Source: Arenicellales bacterium (GTDB lineage Bacteria; Pseudomonadota; Gammaproteobacteria; Arenicellales; JAJDZL01). From it: 64,000 nt of DNA. Made by a program: the position numbers and the translations under genes. Below the pieces are notes generated by a model. It made no database searches and was not told where the DNA came from. It saw only the letters and a list, made by a program, of their open reading frames with translations. This document shows positions 39,269-49,631 of this stretch, one piece after another (the first letter of the stretch is position 1; each line of letters opens with the position of its first letter). Location of the stretch: NCBI GenBank assembly GCA_963662635.2, contig CAXXFC010000004.1:8559-72558 (forward strand). Direction: 5' to 3'.

Positions 39269-39893
39269 GCTGCTGTCTGTCTCGCTCAATATCAATGGCG
39301 AGATAGTCACAAAACATAAACCGTCAAATCGAGACCAGAACGAGTCCGTTTTGGTTCTTGTTGCGAGTTTGCTGTCTGAAGGGCAGATAGCGAAAGAAGA
39401 AATCGACGCGATCGCGTACGGGAAAGGTCCCGGCTCCTATACCGGACTCAGGATTGCGGCAGGTGTCGCCCAAGGTATCGCGTATGGCATCGAAATTCCG
39501 GCAATTCCGGTCTCAAATCTTGCAGCGGTTGCACAAGGTCTACCACACAAGAAAGTCTTGGTCGCGATGGATGCGAAGAGAGATAAACTCTTTGTAGGCT
39601 TTTATGAGAGAGGTGCCAACAATATTGTCGAACCAGTCAGTGAAGATGGCTTGTTCGAAATTCAGGATGTGCAGTTGATCGGAAAGAATTGGAATGGTGC
39701 CGGTGATGGTTGGGATTTACGATATCAGGAACTTGAACGGCGATTTGGAAATCAGATTGACGGATGGGAAGCGAACCGGCAACCATACGCCAAGGAGATA
39801 TCAATTCTCGGTATGGACTACCTCCAACGCAGTTTGGGTGTCGAGCCTTACCTGGCGATTCCAAACTACCTGTCACCTTATCTTTCCAATTGA
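39237..39893 (+). CDS. tsaB: tRNA t6A37 biosynthesis protein TsaB (YeaZ)
   Basis: 218-aa ORF with MKILAISCADRLLSVSL...YGKGPGSYTGLRIAAGVAQG. It overlaps the helicase 3' end by 32 nt. Confidence 0.85.
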   Translation: MKILAISCADRLLSVSLNINGEIVTKHKPSNRDQNESVLVLVASLLSEGQIAKEEIDAIAYGKGPGSYTGLRIAAGVAQGIAYGIEIPAIPVSNLAAVAQGLPHKKVLVAMDAKRDKLFVGFYERGANNIVEPVSEDGLFEIQDVQLIGKNWNGAGDGWDLRYQELERRFGNQIDGWEANRQPYAKEISILGMDYLQRSLGVEPYLAIPNYLSPYLSN

Positions 39894-39934
39894 CGGGTAT
39901 GCCAGCATTCGATGACCGCTGACTGTCTGACGCA

Positions 39935-41254
39935 TCAGCTGTTGGGCTGTTCGTATTCTGAAACTTCGATACTCTGTTGCCCGTTGGCATCCGGGTCTGC
40001 GATCTTCGGGAACACGCGTGCGACCTCGACTGCGCTGCCCTGCGTGCGCACAGTTTCTATGGGATATCCATTGAGAGTGAAGCTCATGCCCGGTCTGGGA
40101 ATATCTTCATAGTGTTTGAGAATTTGACCATTCAAGGTATTGGGACCTTCAGTAGGCAGGTCCCAGTTCATCTTTCGATTTAGATCGCGGACGTTCAACA
40201 TGGCATTGACAAGATAGCTGCCTTTACCTTCTTCTTCCTTAATACCGAAGTTTCCTTCTCTGAGTTGCCATCCGACAATCCCCGCTATTTCATTCATCAT
40301 TTCATTGATGGTGATCAATCCTATGATTTCACCGTATTCATCCACAACGACACCCATATTCCTTTCGTCTTCCTGTAGCCGTTGGTACTGCTCAAGAAGT
40401 CCTGAATTTTCAGGTAGATAAACGGGCTCTTTAAGGTGACTTTCAATGATTTCCTTGGTAATTTGGTTCCTGTCGTGTGCCTGCAGGAGTTCCTGTATGT
40501 CGAGTTCACCTTTGATATGATCAAAAGATTTTTCAAATACGAGCACGCGACTTTGACTTTCCGAAAGAATTCTTTCGACAATATCGGTAATTTCATCGTC
40601 GAATTCGATTGCGTGAATCTCAGCACGCGGAATCATGATGGAGTCAACCGAACTATCACCCAGCTCAAGAACACCAAGCAGAAAATCCATCTGATCTGGC
40701 GCGAAGTGTTGTTCTGAAACTTTTACGGCTTCGCGCAGCTCATCGCTGCTAAGCGATTCTTGATCTTGAGTTTGATGAAATCCCGGTATTAGTTTGATTA
40801 ATTTCACAACAGAACTCAGCAACCAGACAGCCGGGTAAAGCAGTTTCTGAAGAACATCGAGGATATACGCGGCAAAGAATGCGATTCTTTCGGGATAAAC
40901 TGCAGCGATGGTTTTGGGCGGAACTTCCGCCAAAACCAAAATAATGATCGTGATTGCTGCGGTTGACACCGCCACTCCCGCTTCACCATAGTATTTCCAC
41001 GCTAGAATGGTGGTTATGGCGACGGCAGCATTGTTTACCAGATTATTGCCAAGTAAAATGGTACTCAGCAATCGATCGGGTTCTCGAATCAGTTTCTGGA
41101 GAAGAATAGCGCGTCTATTGTTCTTATTCGCTTTATCGGCGAGTCGATAGCGGTTAAGAGCCATCGTAGCAGTTTCCGATGAAGAGAAAAATGCTGACAG
41201 ACAGATCAGCAGTAGCAGTGCGACCAATAATAGGCCGTCAGGTATGTCGTCCAA
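39935..41254 (-). CDS. CNNM/HlyC/CorC-family transporter (DUF21 + CBS pair + CorC_HlyC; YfjD-like)
   Basis: 439-aa ORF with an N-terminal membrane DUF21, a CBS region and a C-terminal CorC_HlyC-type domain. It neighbours ffh, as in enterobacteria. Confidence 0.8.
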   Translation of the reverse strand: MDDIPDGLLLVALLLLICLSAFFSSSETATMALNRYRLADKANKNNRRAILLQKLIREPDRLLSTILLGNNLVNNAAVAITTILAWKYYGEAGVAVSTAAITIIILVLAEVPPKTIAAVYPERIAFFAAYILDVLQKLLYPAVWLLSSVVKLIKLIPGFHQTQDQESLSSDELREAVKVSEQHFAPDQMDFLLGVLELGDSSVDSIMIPRAEIHAIEFDDEITDIVERILSESQSRVLVFEKSFDHIKGELDIQELLQAHDRNQITKEIIESHLKEPVYLPENSGLLEQYQRLQEDERNMGVVVDEYGEIIGLITINEMMNEIAGIVGWQLREGNFGIKEEEGKGSYLVNAMLNVRDLNRKMNWDLPTEGPNTLNGQILKHYEDIPRPGMSFTLNGYPIETVRTQGSAVEVARVFPKIADPDANGQQSIEVSEYEQPNS

Positions 41255-41341
41255 TCGAGTTTTTGATAATATTGCCAGTCGTGTTTAAAGTTTATTGGAA
41301 TTCACTGGAACTTTTCAAATTATTTACACATCAATTTAACT

Positions 41342-42703
41342 ATGTTCGAAACACTAACAAATAGGTTCAGCCAGGCACTGGGAACCATCCGGGGTCGAAA
41401 GGTTTTGTCGGACAAGGCGATCGACGAGACGCTTCGCCAGGTACGGCGCTCACTTATAGAAGCCGATGTCGCTCTGCCTGTGACCTCGGATTTCATCAAT
41501 CATGTAAGAGCAAGAATAACTGGTCAGGAAATTGTATCAAGCCTGACACCTGATCAGACAATCGTGGGTATTGTTCACGAAGAACTCACACGCGTGATGG
41601 GTGGATCAAATATTCCGTTGGAGTTGTCGACCGCCGCACCAAGCGTCATACTGGTTGCCGGGCTTCAGGGAAGCGGTAAAACGACCACTGTTGCAAAGCT
41701 TTCAAGATTTCTGGTCGAGCAGGAAGGCAAGAAAGTCTTGGTGGGGAGTGTTGATGTATATCGGCCTGCTGCAATCGATCAGCTTAGAAGACTGGCAGAG
41801 ATGGTCGGTGTTGATTTCTTCGAGTCAGATGTAAACAGTAATCCAATCTCCATCGCCAAGCAGATAGTCGTAGATGGCAAGAAAAGTGCGTACGACTATG
41901 TCATAGTAGATACAGCGGGGCGATTGCATGTTGACGACATGATGATGGATGAGCTCAAGTCAGTTCATTCGACTGTCTCACCTTCCGAGACATTGTTTGT
42001 TATTGACGCAATGACTGGTCAGGATGCAGTCAATAGTGCTTCGGCTTTCAATGAGGCACTGCCGCTGACCGGTGTTGTCGTGACTAAACTTGATAGTGAT
42101 GCACGAGGTGGTGCCTTGATTTCGGTCAGGCATGTCACTGGCAAGCCCGTCAAGTTCATCGGAGTCGGCGAAGGTACAGATGCGCTGGAACGATTCCATC
42201 CAGATCGACTGGCTTCCCGTATACTTGGCATGGGCGATGTTTTGTCGCTTGTTGAAACAGTCCAGCAGAAATCTGACAAGCAGAAGACAGAGAAACTTGC
42301 GAAAAAGATTACTCGCGGCAAGCGATTCGATCTTGAAGATTATCGTGATCAGATGCTGGAAACACAGAAAATGGGAGGGATTTCGAGCCTTATCGAGAAG
42401 ATGCCCGGGTTGTCTTCAAACCAACTTCCCAAATTGAACCAACTTGAAGCAGATGTAAAACGCGAAATCGCGATCATCAACTCCATGACGCCACACGAGC
42501 GCCAACATCCCGCAGTCATCAGAGGAACCCGACGGGCTCGTATCAGTGCCGGAGCTGGAGTGGAAGCAAGATTCGTGAATCAACTGTTGCGGAAGTATGA
42601 AAAGATGCAGAGAATGACGAGAAAGATGAAGGGCGGGAAATTCAAGGGTCAGAATGCCATGGCAGGGATGGAAGAATTGAAGAGAAGACTGCCTCTGAGG
42701 TAA
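41342..42703 (+). CDS. ffh: signal recognition particle protein Ffh
   Basis: 453-aa ORF with MFETLTNRF, LVAGLQGSGKTTT, DTAGRL and a Met-rich M domain. Confidence 0.97.
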   Translation: MFETLTNRFSQALGTIRGRKVLSDKAIDETLRQVRRSLIEADVALPVTSDFINHVRARITGQEIVSSLTPDQTIVGIVHEELTRVMGGSNIPLELSTAAPSVILVAGLQGSGKTTTVAKLSRFLVEQEGKKVLVGSVDVYRPAAIDQLRRLAEMVGVDFFESDVNSNPISIAKQIVVDGKKSAYDYVIVDTAGRLHVDDMMMDELKSVHSTVSPSETLFVIDAMTGQDAVNSASAFNEALPLTGVVVTKLDSDARGGALISVRHVTGKPVKFIGVGEGTDALERFHPDRLASRILGMGDVLSLVETVQQKSDKQKTEKLAKKITRGKRFDLEDYRDQMLETQKMGGISSLIEKMPGLSSNQLPKLNQLEADVKREIAIINSMTPHERQHPAVIRGTRRARISAGAGVEARFVNQLLRKYEKMQRMTRKMKGGKFKGQNAMAGMEELKRRLPLR

Positions 42704-42785
42704 ACAGTCAGTGGATTGCGTTATTACCTGCTGAAAGTTTCGATATTCAGGCACTCTTGCCGAGTATTTCCCTTGCGTTTGGTTG

Positions 42786-43298
42786 CTAGCCTGAATTATC
42801 GTGAAGCAATGCACATTTGCGCATCCGCTTCATGGTGTAATCTGCATAGCTCCGGTCGCAGAACACCGTGTAATGTTCCGCACCGCAGCGAATGATGAAT
42901 CCTCTAAGTCCAAAAATTTCGGTAAAGGTCGCAGATTTATCCTTGAATTCATGAAGATTCAAAGGAGTGATTTGAGACAACACATCACGCGCGTTGGGCC
43001 CCGTTAAATTGATTCCACGATAGGAATCAGTGACGCAAGTGCACTGGACCAACACGCCTCTGGAAAGTTCGTCCAGATCGGCTGCCAGACCAAGTTCTCG
43101 GCTCATATCTGTCATGACGATGCACCACTTGCGACCAACTCTGCATACCGTGCCTGATTCCCATCGCAACATGGAATAGGGTGTCTCAGGTAAATTCATA
43201 CCCAAGTCCATCAATACCGACCTCATACACTCGGGGGTGCCGCGTACGTCGATCAGTGCGACAGTTTCCTTGAATTGAACGGCAACATCAAATCCCAT
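42786..43298 (-). CDS. soxG: heterotetrameric sarcosine oxidase-family, gamma subunit
   Basis: 170-aa ORF that is last in the B-D-A-G gene order. Sequence-level support is weak; the call rests mainly on position and size. Confidence 0.65.
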   Translation of the reverse strand: MGFDVAVQFKETVALIDVRGTPECMRSVLMDLGMNLPETPYSMLRWESGTVCRVGRKWCIVMTDMSRELGLAADLDELSRGVLVQCTCVTDSYRGINLTGPNARDVLSQITPLNLHEFKDKSATFTEIFGLRGFIIRCGAEHYTVFCDRSYADYTMKRMRKCALLHDNSG

Positions 43299-43301
43299 TT
43301 C

Positions 43302-46256
43302 CTAAATCCTCGTATTTTTGCCATCTGAATCATAGAAAATCGGTTTGGAGACGATTGCCGGTATGATCCTTCCGTACGCGTTGATGTACACCGTTTCATT
43401 CAGTCTTTCGCGGCCATTTGCCAATAGTCCCAGCGCGATTGTACGGTCAAGTGTTGGGCTCCAGACACCTGCCGAGACAAACCCTTCAGAGCGAGTCGCA
43501 TTTCTTGTCGAGACCAGCGGGGCGCCTTCAGGTGGCGGTTCACTCGAGTTTGTCGGCAGAAGGCCGATCAGATGCTGTTGACTGTCACGAGCGCTTCGTC
43601 GGATCTGCATCGCTTTCATTCCAACAAAATCCGATTTTTTCTTTGAAACGATCCATGACATACCAAGATCATAAGGATCGACTGTTCCGTCCACTTCGTG
43701 TCCAAGTGATATAAATCCTTTTTCTACTCGCAATACATGATTTGCTTCAGAGCCGATCGGACAGATGTCGAATTGCTCACCGACTTTCATCAAGTGGTTC
43801 CATAGACCAAGGCCGTAGCGTGCTGGAGTATTGATTTCAAAACTAAGTTCACCGGTAAAACTGACTCTGAAGACCCTTACGGGCATACCGGCAAAGACTC
43901 CCTCTCGCATAGACATGAAAGGAAAAGAGTCAGCCGCGAAATCTATATCCGATTCGGTGCTCTCAAGCAGTGTCCGGGCCAAAGGACCACATACGGTTGC
44001 GTTCGCCCATTGACTTGTCACGGGCGTAAAAAGGACATTCAGGTCGGGACGTTCCACATTGATGAAACTGTCCAATCGAGTTTCAAGAAGGTTTCCGTTG
44101 CCGGTTGCTCCAGACATGAGATATTCTTCGTGACCCAGCCGAAATGTCACACCGTCGTCAAAAATACGGCCATCTTCAAATAGCATGAGACCGTATTTTC
44201 CTTGCTGAATTTCCAGGTTCTGAAAGGAATTCGTATACATAAGATCCAGCAGAGTTTCAGAATCAGGTCCCTTGATTGCAAATTTTGCAAGTGGAGAGCC
44301 GTCATACATGGCAACACCTTCGCGAACTTTCCGACATTCCCGTTGAATCGCTTGGTCCATTGTTTCGCCGGGACAGGGGTAGTAGCTCGGACGAACCCAT
44401 CGCGCACCCGCTTCAAACATTACGGCTCCAGCCGATTTATGCCACTCGGTCATCGGTGTATGGCGATAGGGTAATACAACGTCGTCGCTGCAACTTCCGG
44501 CAAGCTCACCGAATTCAACAGGCGTATATGGCGGTCGGAACGTGGTTGTACCGACTTCATCCATACTAACTCCAGTATGTTTCGCTACGACACCGATTGC
44601 GGTTACATTCGCTGTCTTGCCCTGGTCCAGTCCCATGCCAGTCGTCGTATAACGCTTCAGATGCTCTATGCTTTCATATCCTTCTCGCAGGGCAAGATGC
44701 AAATCATTGACGGTGACATCCCCGGCGAGATCAATAAACGCCTTGCCGCTTCGGTTGGCGAGCGGCACGCTCCAGTATTCCTCGATGCCATAGTCAGCGT
44801 TGAATTGATCATTGACTTGGAGACTTGGCAGTGCTGGAACAGGGAATCCAAGTACCGTTGCAGCCGCCTGTCCTGCCTTGAAGCCGTCCCTGATACTATC
44901 CTGAAGTTTGAGACTGCCGCGGGCAGCACCAGCCACAAGCGAATTCTGTAGCGTTTCTGCGGGGACAAAACCATGAATCTGTTCGTTGTATTCAAGACAT
45001 CCTCCGGATTGCGAAAACAGATGCACAATAGGATTCCAGCCGCCCGATACACATACAAGATCACAATCTATTTTGCTTTTGAGTTGCTTGGTTGTTCGAG
45101 AATGAATTGTGACTCCCGTCACTCTCTTGTTCCCGTGAACCTTCTGGACGATACTATCCAGATAAATTTCAGTCCCCTGTGACACAATATCCCGAATGCG
45201 GTCATCCACTCGGCTTCTGACATCAACTACTGCAGCGATCGATATGCCGGCGTGATTCAGATCAGAAACAGTACGGTATGAGGAATTGTTGTTGGTAAAT
45301 ACGACAGCTTTCTGCCCCGGTTTGACCGCAAAATTGCGTATATAGGATGAAACTGCTGATGCGTGCATCACACCCGGTCGATCGTTATTCTCAAACACTA
45401 TCGGTCGTTCGAACGCACCGGTTGCAACTATCACTTGCCTGGCCCATACCCTGCGGCTGCGTCGAAGTAAATTTTCCGGCCTTGGAGACCGTTCGGAAAT
45501 AACTGCATGATTTCCTTCGAGATATCCCCATACAGTTGCGTTTTGAAGTCGGGATACATACGGATTGGCATCGAGTTCCTCAACGACTTCGGAAATCCAT
45601 TCAATGCTACTCTTGCCGTCAATTTCCGCGGAACTCTTCAGCAGGCCCCCGCCGGGCTGTAGCATGTCGTCAGCCAAGATCACCCTCGCGCCAGCCCTAG
45701 ATGCGGCGAGTCCGGCACACAGGCCAGATGGGCCTGCTCCGACGATCAGAACATCACAATGGTCATAACAGCTCGCGAAAGATCTCAAAGGCGTCGAATC
45801 GGGGGCGTGACCGAATCCGGCTGCCTTTCTGATAAGCGGCTCAAACAGGTGCCAATGCGGCCACATGAATGTCTTGTAATAGAATCCCGCCGGAATAATG
45901 GGTGACAGCAACCGAAGGGCAGTTCCAACATCGAATTCCAGACTGGGCCAGCAATTTACGGATCTTGCAGTCATACCCTCTGAAAGTGGCATGACGCTGG
46001 CAAGCATGTTTGGAGCATCTTCATTGCCGTCGATCTGAACCATCGATGACACGTCGGCATAACCTGAGGCGCAGAGTCCGCGAGGTCGATGATATTTGAA
46101 ACTGCGCGAAATGACATCTATTCCATTCGCCATGAGAGCGGATGCAAGTGTATCACCCTGATAGCCAGTATATTTTCGGCCGTTGAACTCGAATCCGATC
46201 GATTGACTGCGGTCGATGAACCCTCCGCTTGAAAGCCTGTTCGATCGATGGGACAT
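43302..46256 (-). CDS. soxA: sarcosine oxidase-family, alpha subunit
   Basis: ORF 43302..46343. Start set at MSHRSNRLSSGG. Strings GDTLASALMANG, RSFKYHRPRG and VLIVGAGPSGL, plus a C-terminal GcvT-like folate-binding domain. Confidence 0.85.
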   Translation of the reverse strand: MSHRSNRLSSGGFIDRSQSIGFEFNGRKYTGYQGDTLASALMANGIDVISRSFKYHRPRGLCASGYADVSSMVQIDGNEDAPNMLASVMPLSEGMTARSVNCWPSLEFDVGTALRLLSPIIPAGFYYKTFMWPHWHLFEPLIRKAAGFGHAPDSTPLRSFASCYDHCDVLIVGAGPSGLCAGLAASRAGARVILADDMLQPGGGLLKSSAEIDGKSSIEWISEVVEELDANPYVSRLQNATVWGYLEGNHAVISERSPRPENLLRRSRRVWARQVIVATGAFERPIVFENNDRPGVMHASAVSSYIRNFAVKPGQKAVVFTNNNSSYRTVSDLNHAGISIAAVVDVRSRVDDRIRDIVSQGTEIYLDSIVQKVHGNKRVTGVTIHSRTTKQLKSKIDCDLVCVSGGWNPIVHLFSQSGGCLEYNEQIHGFVPAETLQNSLVAGAARGSLKLQDSIRDGFKAGQAAATVLGFPVPALPSLQVNDQFNADYGIEEYWSVPLANRSGKAFIDLAGDVTVNDLHLALREGYESIEHLKRYTTTGMGLDQGKTANVTAIGVVAKHTGVSMDEVGTTTFRPPYTPVEFGELAGSCSDDVVLPYRHTPMTEWHKSAGAVMFEAGARWVRPSYYPCPGETMDQAIQRECRKVREGVAMYDGSPLAKFAIKGPDSETLLDLMYTNSFQNLEIQQGKYGLMLFEDGRIFDDGVTFRLGHEEYLMSGATGNGNLLETRLDSFINVERPDLNVLFTPVTSQWANATVCGPLARTLLESTESDIDFAADSFPFMSMREGVFAGMPVRVFRVSFTGELSFEINTPARYGLGLWNHLMKVGEQFDICPIGSEANHVLRVEKGFISLGHEVDGTVDPYDLGMSWIVSKKKSDFVGMKAMQIRRSARDSQQHLIGLLPTNSSEPPPEGAPLVSTRNATRSEGFVSAGVWSPTLDRTIALGLLANGRERLNETVYINAYGRIIPAIVSKPIFYDSDGKNTRI

Positions 46257-46264
46257 GGGATTCG

Positions 46265-46507
46265 TCAGTCCTGTTCCAATTGGTGTGTTAATGTATTTCT
46301 TCGCAGTCGAAACCACTCTCCACAACCTTTGGAGTGACACCAATCCTCTTCAATCCATCCTTTGGAATTAATTCGATCACAAATATGTTCCACCCATTGC
46401 TCATCGGTCATTGATGAAGCGAGTGGCCTTGTCGGGCGAACCTCACCGTTACAGTGAAACTCAGACTCTGAGCGCAAACCACACCATGGACAATGAATGA
46501 GCAGCAT
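46265..46507 (-). CDS. soxD: sarcosine oxidase-family, delta subunit
   Basis: Start set at MLLIHCPWCGLRSESEFHCNGE (Zn-ribbon-like; 80 aa) inside ORF 46265..46702. Confidence 0.8.
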   Translation of the reverse strand: MLLIHCPWCGLRSESEFHCNGEVRPTRPLASSMTDEQWVEHICDRINSKGWIEEDWCHSKGCGEWFRLRRNTLTHQLEQD

Positions 46508-46545
46508 GATTAGAAATAACTGTTCAGCGTCATGTGGGATGTGCT

Positions 46546-47808
46546 TCAGTGAATCGGGACGGTTGTCCCACTTTCCATCAGAAAGTTGAGGGTATCGAAA
46601 CGGTTCAGTGTGTAGCAAGCGGAAAGAGGGTGCGGCTCGTCTTTCGCAATCGTGTGAGCTAATGTCAACCCTCCCGCTGGAATCGCCTTGAAGCCGCCCC
46701 ACCAGCCGGCGCTGACATAAAATCCCTTAACCGGTGTTTTTGAAATTATGGGACTGCCATCTCGTGCGAACTCCAAAGCCCCTCCCCATTGGCGAAGAAG
46801 TTTCAGGCGTCGAAAAGTCGGGAAAAGTTCCAGCAGACCTGCGACTGTGCTGTCGAGGACTGCGAGTTTACCTCCTCGACGAAATGAGATTTGCTGCGCG
46901 TCGGTAATTCCTCCGATTACCAATTCACCTTTGTCGGAGTGACTGAGATAAACCTGTAAATCCGGGCAATTTACAACCACGTCGAGTACCGGTTTAATTG
47001 GTTCGGATACAAAAGCTTGCAGATTGAACGTCTGCAGTGGCAGGCGGGTACCGGCCATTTCTGCGACACCCGAATTCTCACCGCCTGCCACAGTCGCAAT
47101 CTTATTGGTTTTTATCGGACCGTGATCTGTTTCCAGGCCGGATATCTCACCGTTCTCCGCGCGCTGAATTCCGGTGATCGCGACATTCTGAATGATATCG
47201 ACACCATACGCACTCGCCGCGCGTGCGTATCCCCAGACGATGGCATCATGACGGGCGATACCGGCTCTTTCTTGTACCGACCCGCCCAGAATTGGTAAAC
47301 GACACTCCTTCATCGGGGCCAGCACTGGAATTCTGCGCCTTACTTCATCTGCGCTAAGCATTTTGAATTCCACACCTTGCAGATTCATGTTCAAGGAACG
47401 CCGCCGCATATTACGCATGCTGGTATTGGTGAGCAGTATGTCAACCTCGCTCCTTTGGCTGAACATGATGTTGTAATTCAGGTCGCGACTCAGTGTTTCA
47501 TACAGTTGAAGCGATTTGTCAAAAAATCGGATACTGTCTTCGCGAAGATAGTTGGAACGGATGACTGCGGTGTTTCGACCGCTATTACCGCCTCCTATCC
47601 AATTTTTCTCCAATACCGCAACTTTGCGAATTCCGTGGTTCTTGGCAAGATAGTACGCGGTGGCGAGACCATGACCTCCACCACCGATAATTACGACTTC
47701 ATAATCTGGTTGCAGAGGAGGGCTTTGCCAGGCTCGTCCCCAGTTTTTGTGGTTGTGGAACGCACCTTTAGCCAGAGCACCGAGCGAATAACGCTGTTTG
47801 GGCTTCAT
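46546..47808 (-). CDS. soxB: sarcosine oxidase-family, beta subunit (FAD)
   Basis: 420-aa ORF with YEVVIIGGGGHGLATAYYLAKNHG and GGGNSGRNTAVIRSNY. Confidence 0.85.
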   Translation of the reverse strand: MKPKQRYSLGALAKGAFHNHKNWGRAWQSPPLQPDYEVVIIGGGGHGLATAYYLAKNHGIRKVAVLEKNWIGGGNSGRNTAVIRSNYLREDSIRFFDKSLQLYETLSRDLNYNIMFSQRSEVDILLTNTSMRNMRRRSLNMNLQGVEFKMLSADEVRRRIPVLAPMKECRLPILGGSVQERAGIARHDAIVWGYARAASAYGVDIIQNVAITGIQRAENGEISGLETDHGPIKTNKIATVAGGENSGVAEMAGTRLPLQTFNLQAFVSEPIKPVLDVVVNCPDLQVYLSHSDKGELVIGGITDAQQISFRRGGKLAVLDSTVAGLLELFPTFRRLKLLRQWGGALEFARDGSPIISKTPVKGFYVSAGWWGGFKAIPAGGLTLAHTIAKDEPHPLSACYTLNRFDTLNFLMESGTTVPIH

Positions 47809-47851
47809 GTCGGAAATTCCCGCAGTGCGAAATGGATCAACAGGAATAAAG

Positions 47852-48604
47852 TCAATGCGAAAGAATCTGACTTAGAAAAAGCTCGGAACGATTGCTCTTC
47901 GGGTTCGTGAAGAATTGTTCAGGCGGAGCAACTTCAACAATTTCACCGTGGTCCATGAAAACCATTGTGTCTGCGACCTGTTTGGCAAATCCCATTTCGT
48001 GCGTGACGACAATCATTGTCATCCCACCTTCAGCAAGTTCCACCATGATATCCAAAATACCGGAAATCATCTCGGGGTCGAGTGCGGATGTCGGTTCGTC
48101 AAAGAGCATCATTTCAGGGTCCATGCACAAAGCACGCGCTATGGCTACACGTTGCTGTTGTCCACCGGATAGCTGACTAGGATATTTTCGAGCCTGTTCA
48201 GGTATTCGAACCTTCTCCAGATACTTCATCGCTCGTTCCGTCGCTTCGCTCTTGGAAAAGTTTAAATTTCGTATCGGGCCCAGCATCAGGTTCTGCAATA
48301 CCGTAATGTGAGGGAACAGGTTGAAATTCTGAAAAACCATGCCAACCTTGCGACGCACCGCAAGAATTTTCTTAGGATCATTGACTACCAGATCCCCATT
48401 AATCAGAATCTCACCCGCCTCAAACGTTTCAAGCAGGTTTATGCAGCGGATCATTGTTGATTTTCCAGATCCTGAAGGGCCGCATACCACAACACGTTCA
48501 CCTGAGTTCACTTCCAGATTGATGTCCCAAAGGGCACAGAACTGACCGAACCATTTGCCGAGCCCCTTGATCTGAAGAAATTGATTTGCTTCGGATTTAC
48601 TCAT
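47852..48604 (-). CDS. polar amino-acid ABC transporter, ATP-binding protein
   Basis: 250-aa ORF with GPSGSGKST, LSGGQQQRVAIARAL and LFDEPTSALD. Confidence 0.9.
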   Translation of the reverse strand: MSKSEANQFLQIKGLGKWFGQFCALWDINLEVNSGERVVVCGPSGSGKSTMIRCINLLETFEAGEILINGDLVVNDPKKILAVRRKVGMVFQNFNLFPHITVLQNLMLGPIRNLNFSKSEATERAMKYLEKVRIPEQARKYPSQLSGGQQQRVAIARALCMDPEMMLFDEPTSALDPEMISGILDIMVELAEGGMTMIVVTHEMGFAKQVADTMVFMDHGEIVEVAPPEQFFTNPKSNRSELFLSQILSH

Positions 48605-48646
48605 AATGTTTTCCTTGACGAAATCCTGTTAATGTAACTGATACTG

Positions 48647-49558
48647 TTAGTGTTTTTGTATTCCCATTCCTGTACGTTCAAAGCGTTGGAACAATATTGC
48701 CAATGGGAAACACATCATGAAATACAGTGCTGCGGTCAGCATCCATGCCTCGAAAAAATGTGTAGTTGTATTGGATACGTCCTGGGTCAGAAATGTCAGT
48801 TCCTGAACAGAAATCAGAGAGACGATACTTGAATCCTTTACCAGAATGATGAATTGGCCGGCCAGCGGTGGAAGAATGGTTTTCAATGCCTGTGGAAGTA
48901 CGACATCACGCAAGACAAAAAACCTTGAAAGTCCGACTGCCCGGGCAGCTTCCCACTGTCCCTTGCCGATCGACTGGATTCCAGCCCGTACGATTTCTGT
49001 GATATACGCACCTTCGAAGACTGCCAGGCAGATCAGCCCGGCGAGAAAATTCGTGAAAAGTCCGATCGGTCCGAATAGCGTTTCGAGCACCGCAATCGTA
49101 GTTGGCGATGCTGTATACGCGATGTTGTCCAGTCCCAGCAGGGGAATGATTTGGCTGCTGATGAAGAAATAGAATACAAATATGAATACTACGGGCGGGA
49201 TGTTACGGATCAATTCAACATAGAGACGGCTGCCGGCCTTGAGAAACAGACTGTTACTCACTCGACACAGGCCCATCACGATTCCGATGACGGCGGCGAT
49301 GACGGTCCCCCAAAAAGCCAGCCTGAGTGTCATCGCGACACCTTTCAGGAACAAATTGGGTAGGATGTCTCCGGTTACCTCGTCGATTCGGATGAAGTAC
49401 TCAAATATCAGCCCCCAATTCCACTGGTACACCAAAACATGTTCGACACGATAATAAGTTGCGGTAATGACCGCGGCCACTACGCTGATCACAAAAATAT
49501 CAAGCCATGTGACGCGCTTCGCTTTTTTCAATATTGGCGGTGGTCGATTCTCAGGCAT
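48647..49558 (-). CDS. amino-acid ABC transporter permease (His/Glu/Gln/Arg/opine family)
   Basis: 303-aa membrane ORF with an EAA-loop region (QWEAARAVGLSRFFVLRDVVLPQAL). Confidence 0.85.
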   Translation of the reverse strand: MPENRPPPILKKAKRVTWLDIFVISVVAAVITATYYRVEHVLVYQWNWGLIFEYFIRIDEVTGDILPNLFLKGVAMTLRLAFWGTVIAAVIGIVMGLCRVSNSLFLKAGSRLYVELIRNIPPVVFIFVFYFFISSQIIPLLGLDNIAYTASPTTIAVLETLFGPIGLFTNFLAGLICLAVFEGAYITEIVRAGIQSIGKGQWEAARAVGLSRFFVLRDVVLPQALKTILPPLAGQFIILVKDSSIVSLISVQELTFLTQDVSNTTTHFFEAWMLTAALYFMMCFPLAILFQRFERTGMGIQKH

Positions 49559-49631
49559 GGCAGTTCTGGTTCAAAAAGAGAGCGGAACTTCCCCGAAATC
49601 AGATCGGGGAAGTTCTCGACTGCGCTGATGT